Source of the DNA: Myxococcaceae bacterium
Lineage (GTDB): Bacteria > Myxococcota > Myxococcia > Myxococcales > Myxococcaceae
Direction of reading: 5' to 3'
Assembly: GCA_035262305.1 (NCBI GenBank)
Contig: DATFTC010000425.1
Span: 1-64,000 of the forward strand
DNA: 64,000 nt
Below the pieces are notes generated by a model. It did not search any database, was not told the origin of the DNA, and saw nothing but the letters and a program-made list of their open reading frames with translations. This document shows positions 9,464 to 18,750 of the stretch, one piece after another (within the stretch, counting starts at the first letter, position 1; each line of letters opens with the position of its first letter). The position numbers and the translations under genes are program-made.

Positions 9464-10821
9464 GTCCTGCCTCCAGCGGCGAGCCAAGCGGAAAATGCCC
9501 GCGCCAGCCGGCCGCGCGCGCCCGGAGCTGCGGCTCCTTCTCTAAGCTGTGCGAGGATTCCGCCAAGCAGAAAGCCGCCGAAGGGATCGCCTTCAACGCG
9601 GATCCGCCCAGTGAACTGCGCAGATGCCAGATCCACCCGGCCCGCGAGCAAGTCCAGCCACAACTGCGCGTCCATGATCATCACGCCCGTGGGCGGCCGC
9701 GGCGGCCTCGACCCGATGCGAAGCCGGCCATCGGCGACCTCGAGCGCATAGTCGCCGCCGCCGGGTCCGGTGAGGCACAGGTGGACGCGCGCCGCGACGC
9801 CGCGCAGCTCTGCAACCTGCGGCTGGAACAGCGATGCCCAGCGAACCAGGGACATCGAAGCCCGGATTCGACGATCGAGCCGCCTTGGAACCTCGGTGAC
9901 GAACCGACGCAACACGTCGGCGGTGGTGGTGCAGATCGGCTTCCATCCGAGGATGGTTCGCGCCCGTTCGGAAGAGATGACCATCGGGACCCGGCCGTAC
10001 TTGACCCAGGCGGGGTCTATTCCCTCGCCGACTGCAAGGCGGGACAGCCCCTGACGAACCATCACCGCGGCGAGCAGACCGGCGCGAGACAGCCTCGTCT
10101 TAAACTTGAGAACGCGCATTCCAAGCTGGCGCGCTGCCTCGTCGAGCCTCGGGACGGGATCAGCGCTGAGGTTGAATGGGCCGGCTATTCTTTTTTTGAT
10201 CGCCAGTGCGAAAGCGTCGGCCACATCCTGATCCCAAACCAGATGGGCATTCCTGCCGGGAAAGATCCGGCGGCGCATTGCGCGACCGAATGGGTGGTCC
10301 ATGTATCGGCCGACGAGGATCGACGGCCGCATTCGGGTCACCAACATCCGCGGTTGATTGTTTTCAACGGCGTCGAGGAGCTCTTCCACTTTGAACTTCG
10401 CCGCCGCGTACGGAAATTCTTCCTGATAGCGGCGCGGCGTTGTCTCGACGATGGGTACCGGATGTCCCGGCACCACTCCGTAGGCTGCGATGGACGACGC
10501 ACAGACCAGATGCGAGATACCGGCTCTCGCCGCAGCGTCGAAGACGTTTTCGCTGCCGCGGATGTTGATGTCGTCAAACAATGAGCGCCGAAGGTAGCGC
10601 GTAACTACGAACGCCAGATGCACCACAACGTCATATCCCTCGAAGAGCGCCGCCAGGTCGGGATCGCGGATGTCTCTTTCAGCGTGGGTCACCTTCCCAC
10701 TCGCCACCATCGGCGGCCTCAGGTCGATCGACAACACCTGCTTGACCTCGCGATCGACGGCGAGGCGCCGCAGCAGCAGTGTGCCGAGCTGCCCGGACCC
10801 TCCAGTGACGGCGATTTTCAA
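9460..10821 (-). CDS. Fusion of an NAD-dependent epimerase/dehydratase (extended SDR) with a C-terminal SCP2 sterol-carrier domain.
   Basis: LKIAVTGGSGQLG Rossmann motif; ...YAAAK... active-site region; C-terminal DAQLWLDLLAGRVDLASAQFTGRIRVEGDPFGGFLLG is SCP2-like. The start is assigned to the TTG at 10821 with an upstream GGGAG. The 721-aa ORF in the track is an over-extension. Confidence 0.6.
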   Translation of the reverse strand: MKIAVTGGSGQLGTLLLRRLAVDREVKQVLSIDLRPPMVASGKVTHAERDIRDPDLAALFEGYDVVVHLAFVVTRYLRRSLFDDINIRGSENVFDAAARAGISHLVCASSIAAYGVVPGHPVPIVETTPRRYQEEFPYAAAKFKVEELLDAVENNQPRMLVTRMRPSILVGRYMDHPFGRAMRRRIFPGRNAHLVWDQDVADAFALAIKKRIAGPFNLSADPVPRLDEAARQLGMRVLKFKTRLSRAGLLAAVMVRQGLSRLAVGEGIDPAWVKYGRVPMVISSERARTILGWKPICTTTADVLRRFVTEVPRRLDRRIRASMSLVRWASLFQPQVAELRGVAARVHLCLTGPGGGDYALEVADGRLRIGSRPPRPPTGVMIMDAQLWLDLLAGRVDLASAQFTGRIRVEGDPFGGFLLGGILAQLREGAAAPGARGRLARAFSAWLAAGGRT

Positions 10822-10968
10822 AACAGATCTCCCTCGGCGATCCGAGCGCAGTGCGAAATATGTCGCGGACCAGCAAAAGGCACAAGGACGAAGCGGCGAC
10901 CGGACAAAACGACGGTGGGCCGCGGCGTATTCAGTCCTTTGATTGCTTCGGCCGACTATCGTTGATAC

Positions 10969-11658
10969 TTGCTGCTGATGCGCTCGGCCAACCTCGCGTT
11001 TGTTTTCGACCTCGATGGGACGTTGATCGACAGCGTCTATCAGCACGTGCTCGCGTGGCAGGAGGCGCTCGAACAATCCGGGATTGGCCTGGCCGCGTGG
11101 CGTATTCATCGCAGGGTGGGCATGAGCGGTGGTTTGTTCGTCAACGCGTTGGCGCGCGAAATCGGCCACACTGTCAGTGCCGAGGAAGCCGCGCGCATGC
11201 AGCAGACGCACAGCGAAGGCTACCTGCGTCGCATCGGGCAAGTGCGAGCGCTTCCCGGAGCCAAGGAGTTGCTCGGCGTTCTCACCCGTGCCGGGGTCCG
11301 CTGGGCCATTGCCACCAGTGGGAAGCGTCACAGCGCCGGCCACAGCTTGAAAATTCTCGACCTGCCTGCGGACACAACGTTGGTCGCGCGCGACGACGTT
11401 CTCCATGCCAAACCGGATCCGGATTTGTTCGTCGTCGCCGCGGAACGCTTGGGCGTGCCGATCGCCGGCTGCGTCGTCGTGGGAGACAGCGTTTGGGATC
11501 TGTTGGCCGCCCGTCGCGCCGGGGCCCTCGGCGTGGGGGTTCTTTCGGGTGGGTACGGCGAGGATGAGCTGGTTCGGGCGGGCGCCTATCGGGTGTACGC
11601 CGATCCCGCCGAGCTTCTCGACCACCTCGACGAGGTAGGGCTGCGCGACGTTATTTGA
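10969..11658 (+). CDS. HAD-superfamily hydrolase (phosphoglycolate phosphatase / beta-phosphoglucomutase-like subfamily IA).
   Basis: FVFDLDGTLIDS (motif I), a central ...ATSG... segment (motif II candidate), and VVVGDSVWDLLAARRAGA (motif IV). Confidence 0.75.
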   Translation: MLLMRSANLAFVFDLDGTLIDSVYQHVLAWQEALEQSGIGLAAWRIHRRVGMSGGLFVNALAREIGHTVSAEEAARMQQTHSEGYLRRIGQVRALPGAKELLGVLTRAGVRWAIATSGKRHSAGHSLKILDLPADTTLVARDDVLHAKPDPDLFVVAAERLGVPIAGCVVVGDSVWDLLAARRAGALGVGVLSGGYGEDELVRAGAYRVYADPAELLDHLDEVGLRDVI

Positions 11659-12271
11659 CGAGGTGAAAGAAGTATTCGCCGGCGGTGCTCACCTCGCCGC
11701 GAGGACCCAAGGCCAAAACAGTAAGGATGTAGTCATCGCTGTCGACAGCTTCTTCGGTCAAGCCCTGCATGGTGTAGACGCCGCCCATGATGCTCAGGGC
11801 ATGGGCTTCACCCTGCCGGTGCTTCAAGCGCCGCCAGCGATCGAGCGCCTGGTTTAAGTAATCGAGCGCTTTGTTGCCATCGCTCAAGTTGCGATAAACG
11901 AGAGCCACGTGATCCAGCGCGGCTGCCTCGAGCTCCAGCTCGCCAGCTTGGTACGCAGCAGGAGCAGCCTGCTCGAAGAGCGGAATGGCTTGTCGTTGCG
12001 AAGCGGCGGTCGCCTGCGCGGTCAGCTCTTCCGCCTTCGCGTAATCGTCGAAGGCGATCAGTCGATCGCGGTCCTCGGTTCGAAGCTCGTCGAGCTGGAT
12101 TCGATAGCGACCCGATGAGCTCCCAGCCCCGTTCGCTTGCACCCCGACTCGGTATTCGCCGCTCTGCTCGGCGGCGAAAAGCACCGGAAGGGCGCCGATC
12201 GCTTCGCTGAGGGAGCTACCTTCGCGCAGCTTTTCACCCTTCGGCCCCCAGACGATTACACGCACCTCCAC
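11651..12271 (-). CDS. TPR-repeat protein body; it appears to be the downstream part of a secreted TPR protein interrupted by an in-frame TAA.
   Basis: TPR-like helices (ALVYRNLSDGNKALDYLNQALDRWRRL, AHALSIMGGVYTMQG). Starts at a GTG 3 nt after an in-frame TAA. Confidence 0.4.
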   Translation of the reverse strand: MEVRVIVWGPKGEKLREGSSLSEAIGALPVLFAAEQSGEYRVGVQANGAGSSSGRYRIQLDELRTEDRDRLIAFDDYAKAEELTAQATAASQRQAIPLFEQAAPAAYQAGELELEAAALDHVALVYRNLSDGNKALDYLNQALDRWRRLKHRQGEAHALSIMGGVYTMQGLTEEAVDSDDYILTVLALGPRGEVSTAGEYFFHLVK

Positions 12272-12277
12272 CGCTTA

Positions 12278-12433
12278 CCGGATCAGCTGCAATCGCACGA
12301 ACGTATGCTCGCGGAGCGAGAGGCGATACTGGTGAAGATCGCCGTCGTGGAGCTTGCGCTCAACCGGTTTCTTGAGATCCGAATTCCCAACAAGCCGCAT
12401 CAGAATCGCGGCGAGCGCGACGGCGTTTCTCAT
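12278..12433 (-). CDS. 52-aa ORF encoding a signal-peptide-like segment, in frame with and immediately upstream of the TPR ORF.
   Basis: MRNAVALAAILMRLVGNSDLKKPVERKLHDGDLHQYRLSLREHTFVRLQLIR, then TAA, then GCG GTG..., which is the start of the 11651..12271 ORF in the same frame. Confidence 0.3.
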
Positions 12434-12675
12434 TTCTCACCACCTGGAATGCAGGCCTTGGCTTCCTCCAGGTGGTAGAGACCGCTCAATGCTGATGTGA
12501 CATGGTGCGAAAAGGCGGCTCGAGACCCGAAGTGTGCTAAAAATCGATCATCATTCGAACGTCGAGGCGTTTGCCTCGCCGCAATCAGGAGGAGGGCGTG
12601 GCGATCGAGCTTTCAAATTGGATTTCGTTTCGCGACGAAGATCTTCGGCGGCGGTATTCCCGTGCGCGGATACCG

Positions 12676-13824
12676 ATGAACACCCTGATCGAGTCATTTC
12701 TGGACGAGAAGCTGGATCTGAAGGCCGACCTTCAGGACCTGATGCGCGACAAGGACCTCTTCGTGAATTATCGCCTCACGCTCGATCAGGCGAAGTTCTT
12801 CTTTCAGAAATTCATCCCGTCGGTGATCCAGCACACGAAGAAAGTTGATCGCAAGCTGGTTACCGATCACTACGACCGCGGGAACGATTTCTTCGAGGCG
12901 TTTCTTGGACCCGTGATGGTGTACACCTCCGCCATTTTCAAAGGGCGTGAAGACACCGTCGAGGCGGCGCAGCTGCAAAAGCTCGACTACGTTGCAGAGA
13001 AGCTGCAGCTCAAGCCGAATGAGCGATTGCTCGACGTGGGCTGCGGGTGGGGCACCCTCGTTGCCCACATGGCGGAACGCTACGGCGTGGACGCCACCGG
13101 CGTCACCATCGCCAAGAACCAAGCGGACTTCGGCACCAAGCGAATCGCAGACAAGAAGCTGTCATCGAGAGCGCGGATTTTGGCGATCGATTACCGAGAC
13201 ATCCCGCCCGGAACGTATGACAAGATCTCAGTACTGGAGATGGCGGAGCATGTTGGGATCAAACACTTCCAAAAATTCTTAAGACAGCTCAACGGCCTCT
13301 TGGCGGATCAAGGACTTCTTTACCTGCAGATCGCCGGGCTTCGCCGCAACTGGGGCGCCGAGGACTTCACCTGGGGAATGTTCATGTCGAAGTACATCTT
13401 TCCCGGCGCCGATGCCTCGCTGCCACTGTCATTCGTGACCAACCAGCTGGAGAAGGCGGGATTTGAGATCCACAGCGTCGAAAACGTTGGCATCCACTAC
13501 TCCTACACCATCGACCGCTGGTATCGGAATTGGATCCGCAATCGGGAGAAGGTCGTCGCCGCTTATAGCGAGCGTTGGTTTCGACTTTGGTACGTGTTCC
13601 TCGGCTGGTCGGTGCTGATTGCGGAGCAGGGGCGGTCCACCTGCTTTCAGATCATCGCGAACAAGAACTCGCCATCCTTCAATCGCCACCGATGGATCGG
13701 CGAGCGAGTTGCCCTCACGGAATTTGCGCCGCGGCCGCAGCTGGTGCCGCCCATCGCTGCGAGCAACGTACCCGTCTCTCAGGTCGACGTCATGCGCGCC
13801 GAGGCACCGTCCGCGGATTCATAA
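12676..13824 (+). CDS. cfa: Cyclopropane-fatty-acyl-phospholipid synthase family SAM-dependent methyltransferase.
   Basis: LLDVGCGWGTL SAM-binding motif, and the ...YRNW... / ...WYVFLGWSV... C-terminal region typical of CFA and mycolic-acid methyltransferases. Length from MNTLIESF is about 382 aa. Confidence 0.65.
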   Translation: MNTLIESFLDEKLDLKADLQDLMRDKDLFVNYRLTLDQAKFFFQKFIPSVIQHTKKVDRKLVTDHYDRGNDFFEAFLGPVMVYTSAIFKGREDTVEAAQLQKLDYVAEKLQLKPNERLLDVGCGWGTLVAHMAERYGVDATGVTIAKNQADFGTKRIADKKLSSRARILAIDYRDIPPGTYDKISVLEMAEHVGIKHFQKFLRQLNGLLADQGLLYLQIAGLRRNWGAEDFTWGMFMSKYIFPGADASLPLSFVTNQLEKAGFEIHSVENVGIHYSYTIDRWYRNWIRNREKVVAAYSERWFRLWYVFLGWSVLIAEQGRSTCFQIIANKNSPSFNRHRWIGERVALTEFAPRPQLVPPIAASNVPVSQVDVMRAEAPSADS

Positions 13825-13947
13825 GGCGAATGCACCGCAAGCCTTTCGTTGCGCGCGCGAAAATCCTTGAGATCTGACCGAAAGTTCGTTCGCATGGAAC
13901 GCCTGGTGGGGGCCCGTTAGCTCATCCGCTCAAGGACGGTGACGCAT

Positions 13948-16029
13948 ATGACTTGGATCGAGATAGCAGCACTCGCAATCGGAGTTGTGATCGTCGTTCT
14001 GCTTGTCAAAACGTTTCGCTACATCCCGAACAACCGAGTTGGAATCGTCGAGAAGCGTTTTTCGATTCGTGGCTCGGTGAAGAACGGGTTCATCGCGCTC
14101 AATGGCGAGGCGGGGTTTCAGCCCGAAGTGCTCCGCGGCGGATGGCACGTGTTGATGCCCTTTCAGTATCGCATCCACATGGCGCCGCTGGTAACGATTC
14201 CGCAAGGGCATTTGGGCTATGTGTTCGCTCGCGACGGATTGCCTCTCCAGCCCTCACAGGCGCTCGGCGCGAATACCACCGCCAAAGACTTCCAGGACGT
14301 TCGGCAGTTCCTGAATTCCGGGGGGCAGCGCGGCCCGCAGCGGCGCATTCTCCGCGAGGGCACCTATGCGATCAACCTCGCTCAGTTCGCGGTGATCACC
14401 CAGGACGGGGTGAAGTACCTGCCTCTCAATCGCGACGAAGTGGAGATCTTCCGCCGCATGGCGGATGTGATTACGCACCGCAGAGGATTCCAGCCGGTGG
14501 TGATCAAGGACGCGGACGATCTGGTGGGAATCATCACCGTTCATGATGGCCCGTCGCTTCCGCAAGGCGAGCTGATTGCTCCCACCGTAGGAGAAGACCC
14601 GGGAAATCCAGAGACGTTCCACAACAACTTTCAAGACGCGGAGAAGTTTCTCGCCGCCGGCGGGCGAAGAGGCCGTCAGCTGCAGGTGCTCGTCGAAGGC
14701 ACCTACTTCATCAATTGCCTGTTCGCCACTGTCGAAATGATTGCAAAGACAATCATCGAGGTGGGCAACGTCGGCGTCGTGGTGAGCTATACCGGCAGCA
14801 TCACGCCCGATCTGTCTGGAGAAGAATACAAACACGGCGAGCTGGTCGCGGTCGGCAGCCGCGGCGTGTGGAGCACGGCTCTGCTTCCGGGCAAGTACGC
14901 ATTCAACACTTATGCGGGAAAGGTGATTGTCGTTCCGACGACGAACATCATCCTGAAGTGGATCAAAAACCAGGTTGGCTCCCATCGCCTCGACGAGAAT
15001 CTTTCCGAGGTATCGCTGATCACGAAGGATGCGTTTGAGCCATCGCTGCCGCTCTCGGTGGTGCTGCACATCGACTACAAGAAGGCGCCGCTGGTGATTC
15101 AGCGTTTCGGAGACATCAAGCGGCTGGTGGAACAGACGCTCGATCCGATGGTGGCCGCTTACTTCAAGAACGTTGGCCAGACGCGCACCCTGATCCAGCT
15201 GATCCAGGAGCGTTCGGCGATCCAGGAGATGTCCAACCAACAGATGAAGCAGCGATTCAGTCACTACAATCTGGAGCTGGAGGAAGTGTTGATCGGAACG
15301 CCGGCCTCCAGCGCCGGGGATCAGAAGATCGAGCAAATTCTCCGCCAGCTCCGGGACCGACAGGTCGCCGAAGAGCAGGTCGGCACCTACGAACGAATGG
15401 AGAAGGCGGCCGTCAAGGAGCGCGAGCTTCGCGAGGCGGAGGCGAGAGCGCGAGCGCAGCAGCAACTGACCGAGTCAGAAGTGAGCATCGCCGTCCAGGC
15501 CAACCAGGGCAAGGCGGAGTACCAGCGCTCGCTGCAGCAGGCGGCGCAGATCCGCGCTCTGGCCGAGGCAGAGGCAGACAAGGTCAAGGCGCTCGGCGGG
15601 GGCGAGGCAGGTCGAGTGAGGGTTCTGGGCGAGGCGGAGGCGGAGAGGTCGGCGCGGGTTGGCATCGCCCAGGCGCTGGCGATCGAAGAGCAGGTCAAGG
15701 CTTACGGCGGGCCGCGTTTCCAGCTGACGCAGCAGGTGATGAGCCGGTTCGCCGAAGCGGTGGAGCGCGCCGGCGTCGACGTCGTCCCGCGGATCATGGT
15801 CGGCGCCGCTCCGGGAAAGGACGGCTCTCCCGGCGGATCGAACCTCTTCGAAACGTTACTGGCAGTGCTGTTGGCTGAGCGCACCGGAGAAAACATCGGT
15901 GAGCTAGGTGCTCGCGATCCGGAGCTGGACGCCTTGCGCACGAAGATACGGAGCTCGCTGATTGCGAGCGCCCAAGGCTCGATCGCGGGTCTGCCGGCGC
16001 AATCCGGCCTGGCCGAAAAGCGCGGGTAA
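13948..16029 (+). CDS. SPFH / band-7 family protein, flotillin-like, with an N-terminal TM helix and a long Ala/Glu-rich coiled coil.
   Basis: MTWIEIAALAIGVVIVVLLV TM helix, then YIPNNRVGIVEKRF (SPFH start), then a long ...EAEARARAQQQL...ALAEAEADKVKALGGGEAGRVRVLGEAEAERS coiled coil. AAGGA RBS sits 12 nt before the ATG at 13948. Confidence 0.65.
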   Translation: MTWIEIAALAIGVVIVVLLVKTFRYIPNNRVGIVEKRFSIRGSVKNGFIALNGEAGFQPEVLRGGWHVLMPFQYRIHMAPLVTIPQGHLGYVFARDGLPLQPSQALGANTTAKDFQDVRQFLNSGGQRGPQRRILREGTYAINLAQFAVITQDGVKYLPLNRDEVEIFRRMADVITHRRGFQPVVIKDADDLVGIITVHDGPSLPQGELIAPTVGEDPGNPETFHNNFQDAEKFLAAGGRRGRQLQVLVEGTYFINCLFATVEMIAKTIIEVGNVGVVVSYTGSITPDLSGEEYKHGELVAVGSRGVWSTALLPGKYAFNTYAGKVIVVPTTNIILKWIKNQVGSHRLDENLSEVSLITKDAFEPSLPLSVVLHIDYKKAPLVIQRFGDIKRLVEQTLDPMVAAYFKNVGQTRTLIQLIQERSAIQEMSNQQMKQRFSHYNLELEEVLIGTPASSAGDQKIEQILRQLRDRQVAEEQVGTYERMEKAAVKERELREAEARARAQQQLTESEVSIAVQANQGKAEYQRSLQQAAQIRALAEAEADKVKALGGGEAGRVRVLGEAEAERSARVGIAQALAIEEQVKAYGGPRFQLTQQVMSRFAEAVERAGVDVVPRIMVGAAPGKDGSPGGSNLFETLLAVLLAERTGENIGELGARDPELDALRTKIRSSLIASAQGSIAGLPAQSGLAEKRG

Positions 16030-16133
16030 GTTGCTCGGCGACGGTAAATAAATCCAAAGCTGTCGCTTCGGTGTATCTTCTTGAGGCGAGGACTGGAGAT
16101 CGTGGCGACTCTGTCGCTCGCGGACGAGGGTCT

Positions 16134-17039
16134 ATGGATTTCAAATCGCAGAATCGTCGTGAATTCATGCAATTAATGGGAATGGGCGTGGGCGGCGTCG
16201 TCTTTGCATCTGGCCTCGGCGGCCTGAGCGGCTGCGCCTCTTCGCGCCCGAAGCCCGAGGGCGACGACGATTTCTACTTCGTTCAGCTTTCGGATACGCA
16301 TTGGGGTTTCAAGGGACCGCCGAATCCCCAGGCGGATGTGACGTTGAAGAATACAGTTGGGCTGGTGAATTCACTGAAGCGACAGCCCGACTTCATCGTC
16401 TTCACCGGCGATCTGACTCATACCACCGACGATGACAACGAGCGGCGAAAGCGAATGGCCGAGTTCACGCAGATCGTCTCCGGGCTCAATGTGAAAAACC
16501 TGCGCTTCATGGCCGGTGAACACGACGCAGCGCTCGATGCCGGAAAGGCATATCAGGAGTTCTTCGGCCAACTTCATTACACTTTCGATCATAAAGGGAT
16601 TCACTTTATCGTGCTGGACAACGTGTCCGATCCGGGCGCCTCGATCGGCGAGGCTCAGCTTTCCTGGCTCAAGTCGGATTTGCAGAAATTGGATGTGGAA
16701 CAGCCGATCATCGTGCTCACGCACCGTCCCTTGTTTGCCTTGTATCCCTCGTGGGACTGGACGACCAAGGATGGAGATGCGGCAATCGCCGTGCTCCAGA
16801 ATTATCGCAACGTCACCGTTTTCTATGGTCACATCCACCAGGAGAACCATCAGATGACGGGTCGGATCGCGCACCATTCAGCGAAGTCGTTGATTTTTCC
16901 GCTGCCGGCGCCGGGATCGGTGCCCAAGCGCGCGCCGGTGCCGTGGGATCCCGCTCATCCCAATCAAGGTCTCGGTTACCGCGGAGTGGACGCGCAACCG
17001 CGCCGCGATCTTCGCATCGAAGAGTTCGCGATTGGCTGA
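16134..17039 (+). CDS. Tat-secreted metallophosphoesterase (calcineurin-like).
   Basis: Twin-arginine motif QNRREFMQLMGMGVGGVVFASG. Metallophosphoesterase motifs FVQLSDTHWG, FIVFTGDLTH, FIVLDN...LTHRP, GHIHQ. Confidence 0.7.
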   Translation: MDFKSQNRREFMQLMGMGVGGVVFASGLGGLSGCASSRPKPEGDDDFYFVQLSDTHWGFKGPPNPQADVTLKNTVGLVNSLKRQPDFIVFTGDLTHTTDDDNERRKRMAEFTQIVSGLNVKNLRFMAGEHDAALDAGKAYQEFFGQLHYTFDHKGIHFIVLDNVSDPGASIGEAQLSWLKSDLQKLDVEQPIIVLTHRPLFALYPSWDWTTKDGDAAIAVLQNYRNVTVFYGHIHQENHQMTGRIAHHSAKSLIFPLPAPGSVPKRAPVPWDPAHPNQGLGYRGVDAQPRRDLRIEEFAIG

Positions 17040-17047
17040 GGAGCAGA

Positions 17048-17416
17048 GTGTTTTCACCCGGGACTGCAATCGCTCTCGCGTTGCTCCTTACCTCCTTCCC
17101 GGCTCCGGCAGCAGACCAGGCCCCGTCGCCGTCATCAAATGAGCGGGTGATAAAAGTCACCGCCAAGCGCTTCGAGTACTCGCCAAGCGTAATTACGGTA
17201 AAGCTCAACGTACCGGTCGTGCTGGAGCTCACTACTCTCGACAGGGTTCACGGGTTCGAGGTACCTGACTTGAAACTGCAAGCTGAGATAAAGCCGGGAG
17301 AGGTGAGTCGAGTTCGATTCATCCCAGACAAGATCGGAACGTTTGCCTTTCACTGCAATATTTTTTGCGGAAGTGGCCACGAAGACATGGCCGGGCAAAT
17401 TGTGGTGACGAACTAA
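17048..17416 (+). CDS. Small secreted cupredoxin-domain (type-1 blue copper-like) protein.
   Basis: GTG start with GAGGAG 5 nt upstream, directly after the phosphoesterase stop. Signal peptide (AIALALLLTSFPAPAA). Candidate Cu ligands HGFEV...FHCNIFCGSGHEDMAG (H, C, H, M). Confidence 0.55.
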   Translation: MFSPGTAIALALLLTSFPAPAADQAPSPSSNERVIKVTAKRFEYSPSVITVKLNVPVVLELTTLDRVHGFEVPDLKLQAEIKPGEVSRVRFIPDKIGTFAFHCNIFCGSGHEDMAGQIVVTN

Positions 17417-17691
17417 CCGGAAGCCAGCACGCGCGCGGGCAGCACGGGGGCTCCGGCAAGCTCTCGACAGCAACGGGAGTCCACTTTCCTGCGACTGCGA
17501 CCAGGCGCCTCAACTCGCCGCTTGGACAACGTTGACCGTGTCGTGGCGGATCGGGGCAAGGTCGGAAATGCTCCGAGGAATCCGACGGCCAAGGCTCTAA
17601 TTAGTGGCACATCGTGGAAAAGTTCTACATCATCTCGCTTCGTTCATCGAGACGAGCACGCGAGCCTGCCAAAGCATTGCACGGGAGAGGA

Positions 17692-18750
17692 ATGGACGCG
17701 CTCAGCAGTTGGCAGCAGGAAAAGCAATCCGCATACCTCTACCGAGTGATCGCGCAGGTGGAGCAATCGCCTGCGCGACGGGCGCTTTTCTCGAAGCTGG
17801 CGGAAGAAGCGGATGGACAGGCGGCCATATGGGCGGCGCAGATTTCAGACGCCGGCCGAAAAACCACTCTCGATTACGCTCCGAGCGCGCGTGCTCGCGT
17901 TGTCGCGCAGCTCGTCCGACGACTCGGCGCTCGCCGATTGCGGGTGGTGCTTTCCGCGATGAAGGTGCGCGGCATGGCCCTATACGACGGCGGCGTGCGC
18001 GCCCATCCGCCAACGTCGGAACAAGGCCATCCGATGCCAACCTCGGTGGCTGAGGTCGGGCGTCGCCACCATGGCCGGGGCGGCGGCACCAGTCTGAGGG
18101 CGGCCGTCTTCGGCGTGAACGACGGACTGGTCTCGAACGCCGGCTTGATCCTCGGGGTCGCCGGTGCGACCGCCGACAGCCGGGTGATTCTGCTCTCCGG
18201 CACCGCCGGTCTATTGGCCGGTGCTTTTTCCATGGCGGCGGGGGAATACATTTCAGTTCGTGCGCAGCGCGAGATGTTCGAGAAGCAGATCGCGGCGGAG
18301 CGGGATGAGCTGGCGAAGTACCCGGCTGAAGAGGCAGCCGAGCTCGCGCTGATCTACCAGGCGCGGGGACTATCAAGGGAGGACGCCAAGCGCGTCGCGA
18401 ACCAGCTGATCTCGGACCCGAAGAATGCGCTCGATACCCTTGCGCGGGAAGAGCTGGGCCTCAATCCGCACGAGCTCGGCTCTCCGTGGCGCGCCGCCCT
18501 CTCGTCGCTGCTTTCCTTCGGCCTGGGGGCCTTTCTTCCGTTGATTCCCTTCACGGTGACCGCAGGACCGTCTGCGCTGCGCTCATCGATCGCCATCGCG
18601 GCTGCTTCACTCTTTTGCGTGGGGGCGACGATCAGCTTGTTCACCGGCCGCGGCGCGCTTTGGGGTGGATTGCGAATGCTTCTGATCGGCTCCGCGGCCG
18701 GCGGAGCTACTTTTCTCATCGGCAAGTGGCTGGGGGTTGCCGTCAGCTGA
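17692..18750 (+). CDS. MbfA-like membrane-bound ferritin: N-terminal ferritin/erythrin-like domain fused to a VIT1/CCC1 iron-transporter domain.
   Basis: N-terminus (YLYRVIAQVEQSPARRALFSKLAEEADGQAAIW) is ferritin-like. C-terminus GVNDGLVSNAGLILGVAGA...GAFSMAAGEYISVRAQRE is VIT1-like. GGGAGAGG RBS before the ATG at 17692. Confidence 0.65.
   Translation: MDALSSWQQEKQSAYLYRVIAQVEQSPARRALFSKLAEEADGQAAIWAAQISDAGRKTTLDYAPSARARVVAQLVRRLGARRLRVVLSAMKVRGMALYDGGVRAHPPTSEQGHPMPTSVAEVGRRHHGRGGGTSLRAAVFGVNDGLVSNAGLILGVAGATADSRVILLSGTAGLLAGAFSMAAGEYISVRAQREMFEKQIAAERDELAKYPAEEAAELALIYQARGLSREDAKRVANQLISDPKNALDTLAREELGLNPHELGSPWRAALSSLLSFGLGAFLPLIPFTVTAGPSALRSSIAIAAASLFCVGATISLFTGRGALWGGLRMLLIGSAAGGATFLIGKWLGVAVS

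Noticed and set aside
9460-11625. 721-aa minus-strand ORF from the track.
   Set aside because: Only the C-terminal ~453 aa have protein-like composition and motifs. The Rossmann motif sits right after a TTG with an RBS at 10821. The upstream part is Arg/Gly/Ala-rich low-complexity read-through typical of high-GC shadow frames.
14254-15465. 403-aa minus-strand ORF.
   Set aside because: It is antisense to the flotillin-like gene. It is Leu/Arg-rich with no motifs. A long antisense ORF is expected by chance at this GC content.
15400-15700. Apparent DNA tandem repeats (gcggaggc / gaggcaga units).
   Set aside because: They encode the EAEA coiled-coil of the flotillin-like protein. This is coding low-complexity sequence, not a CRISPR or a satellite.
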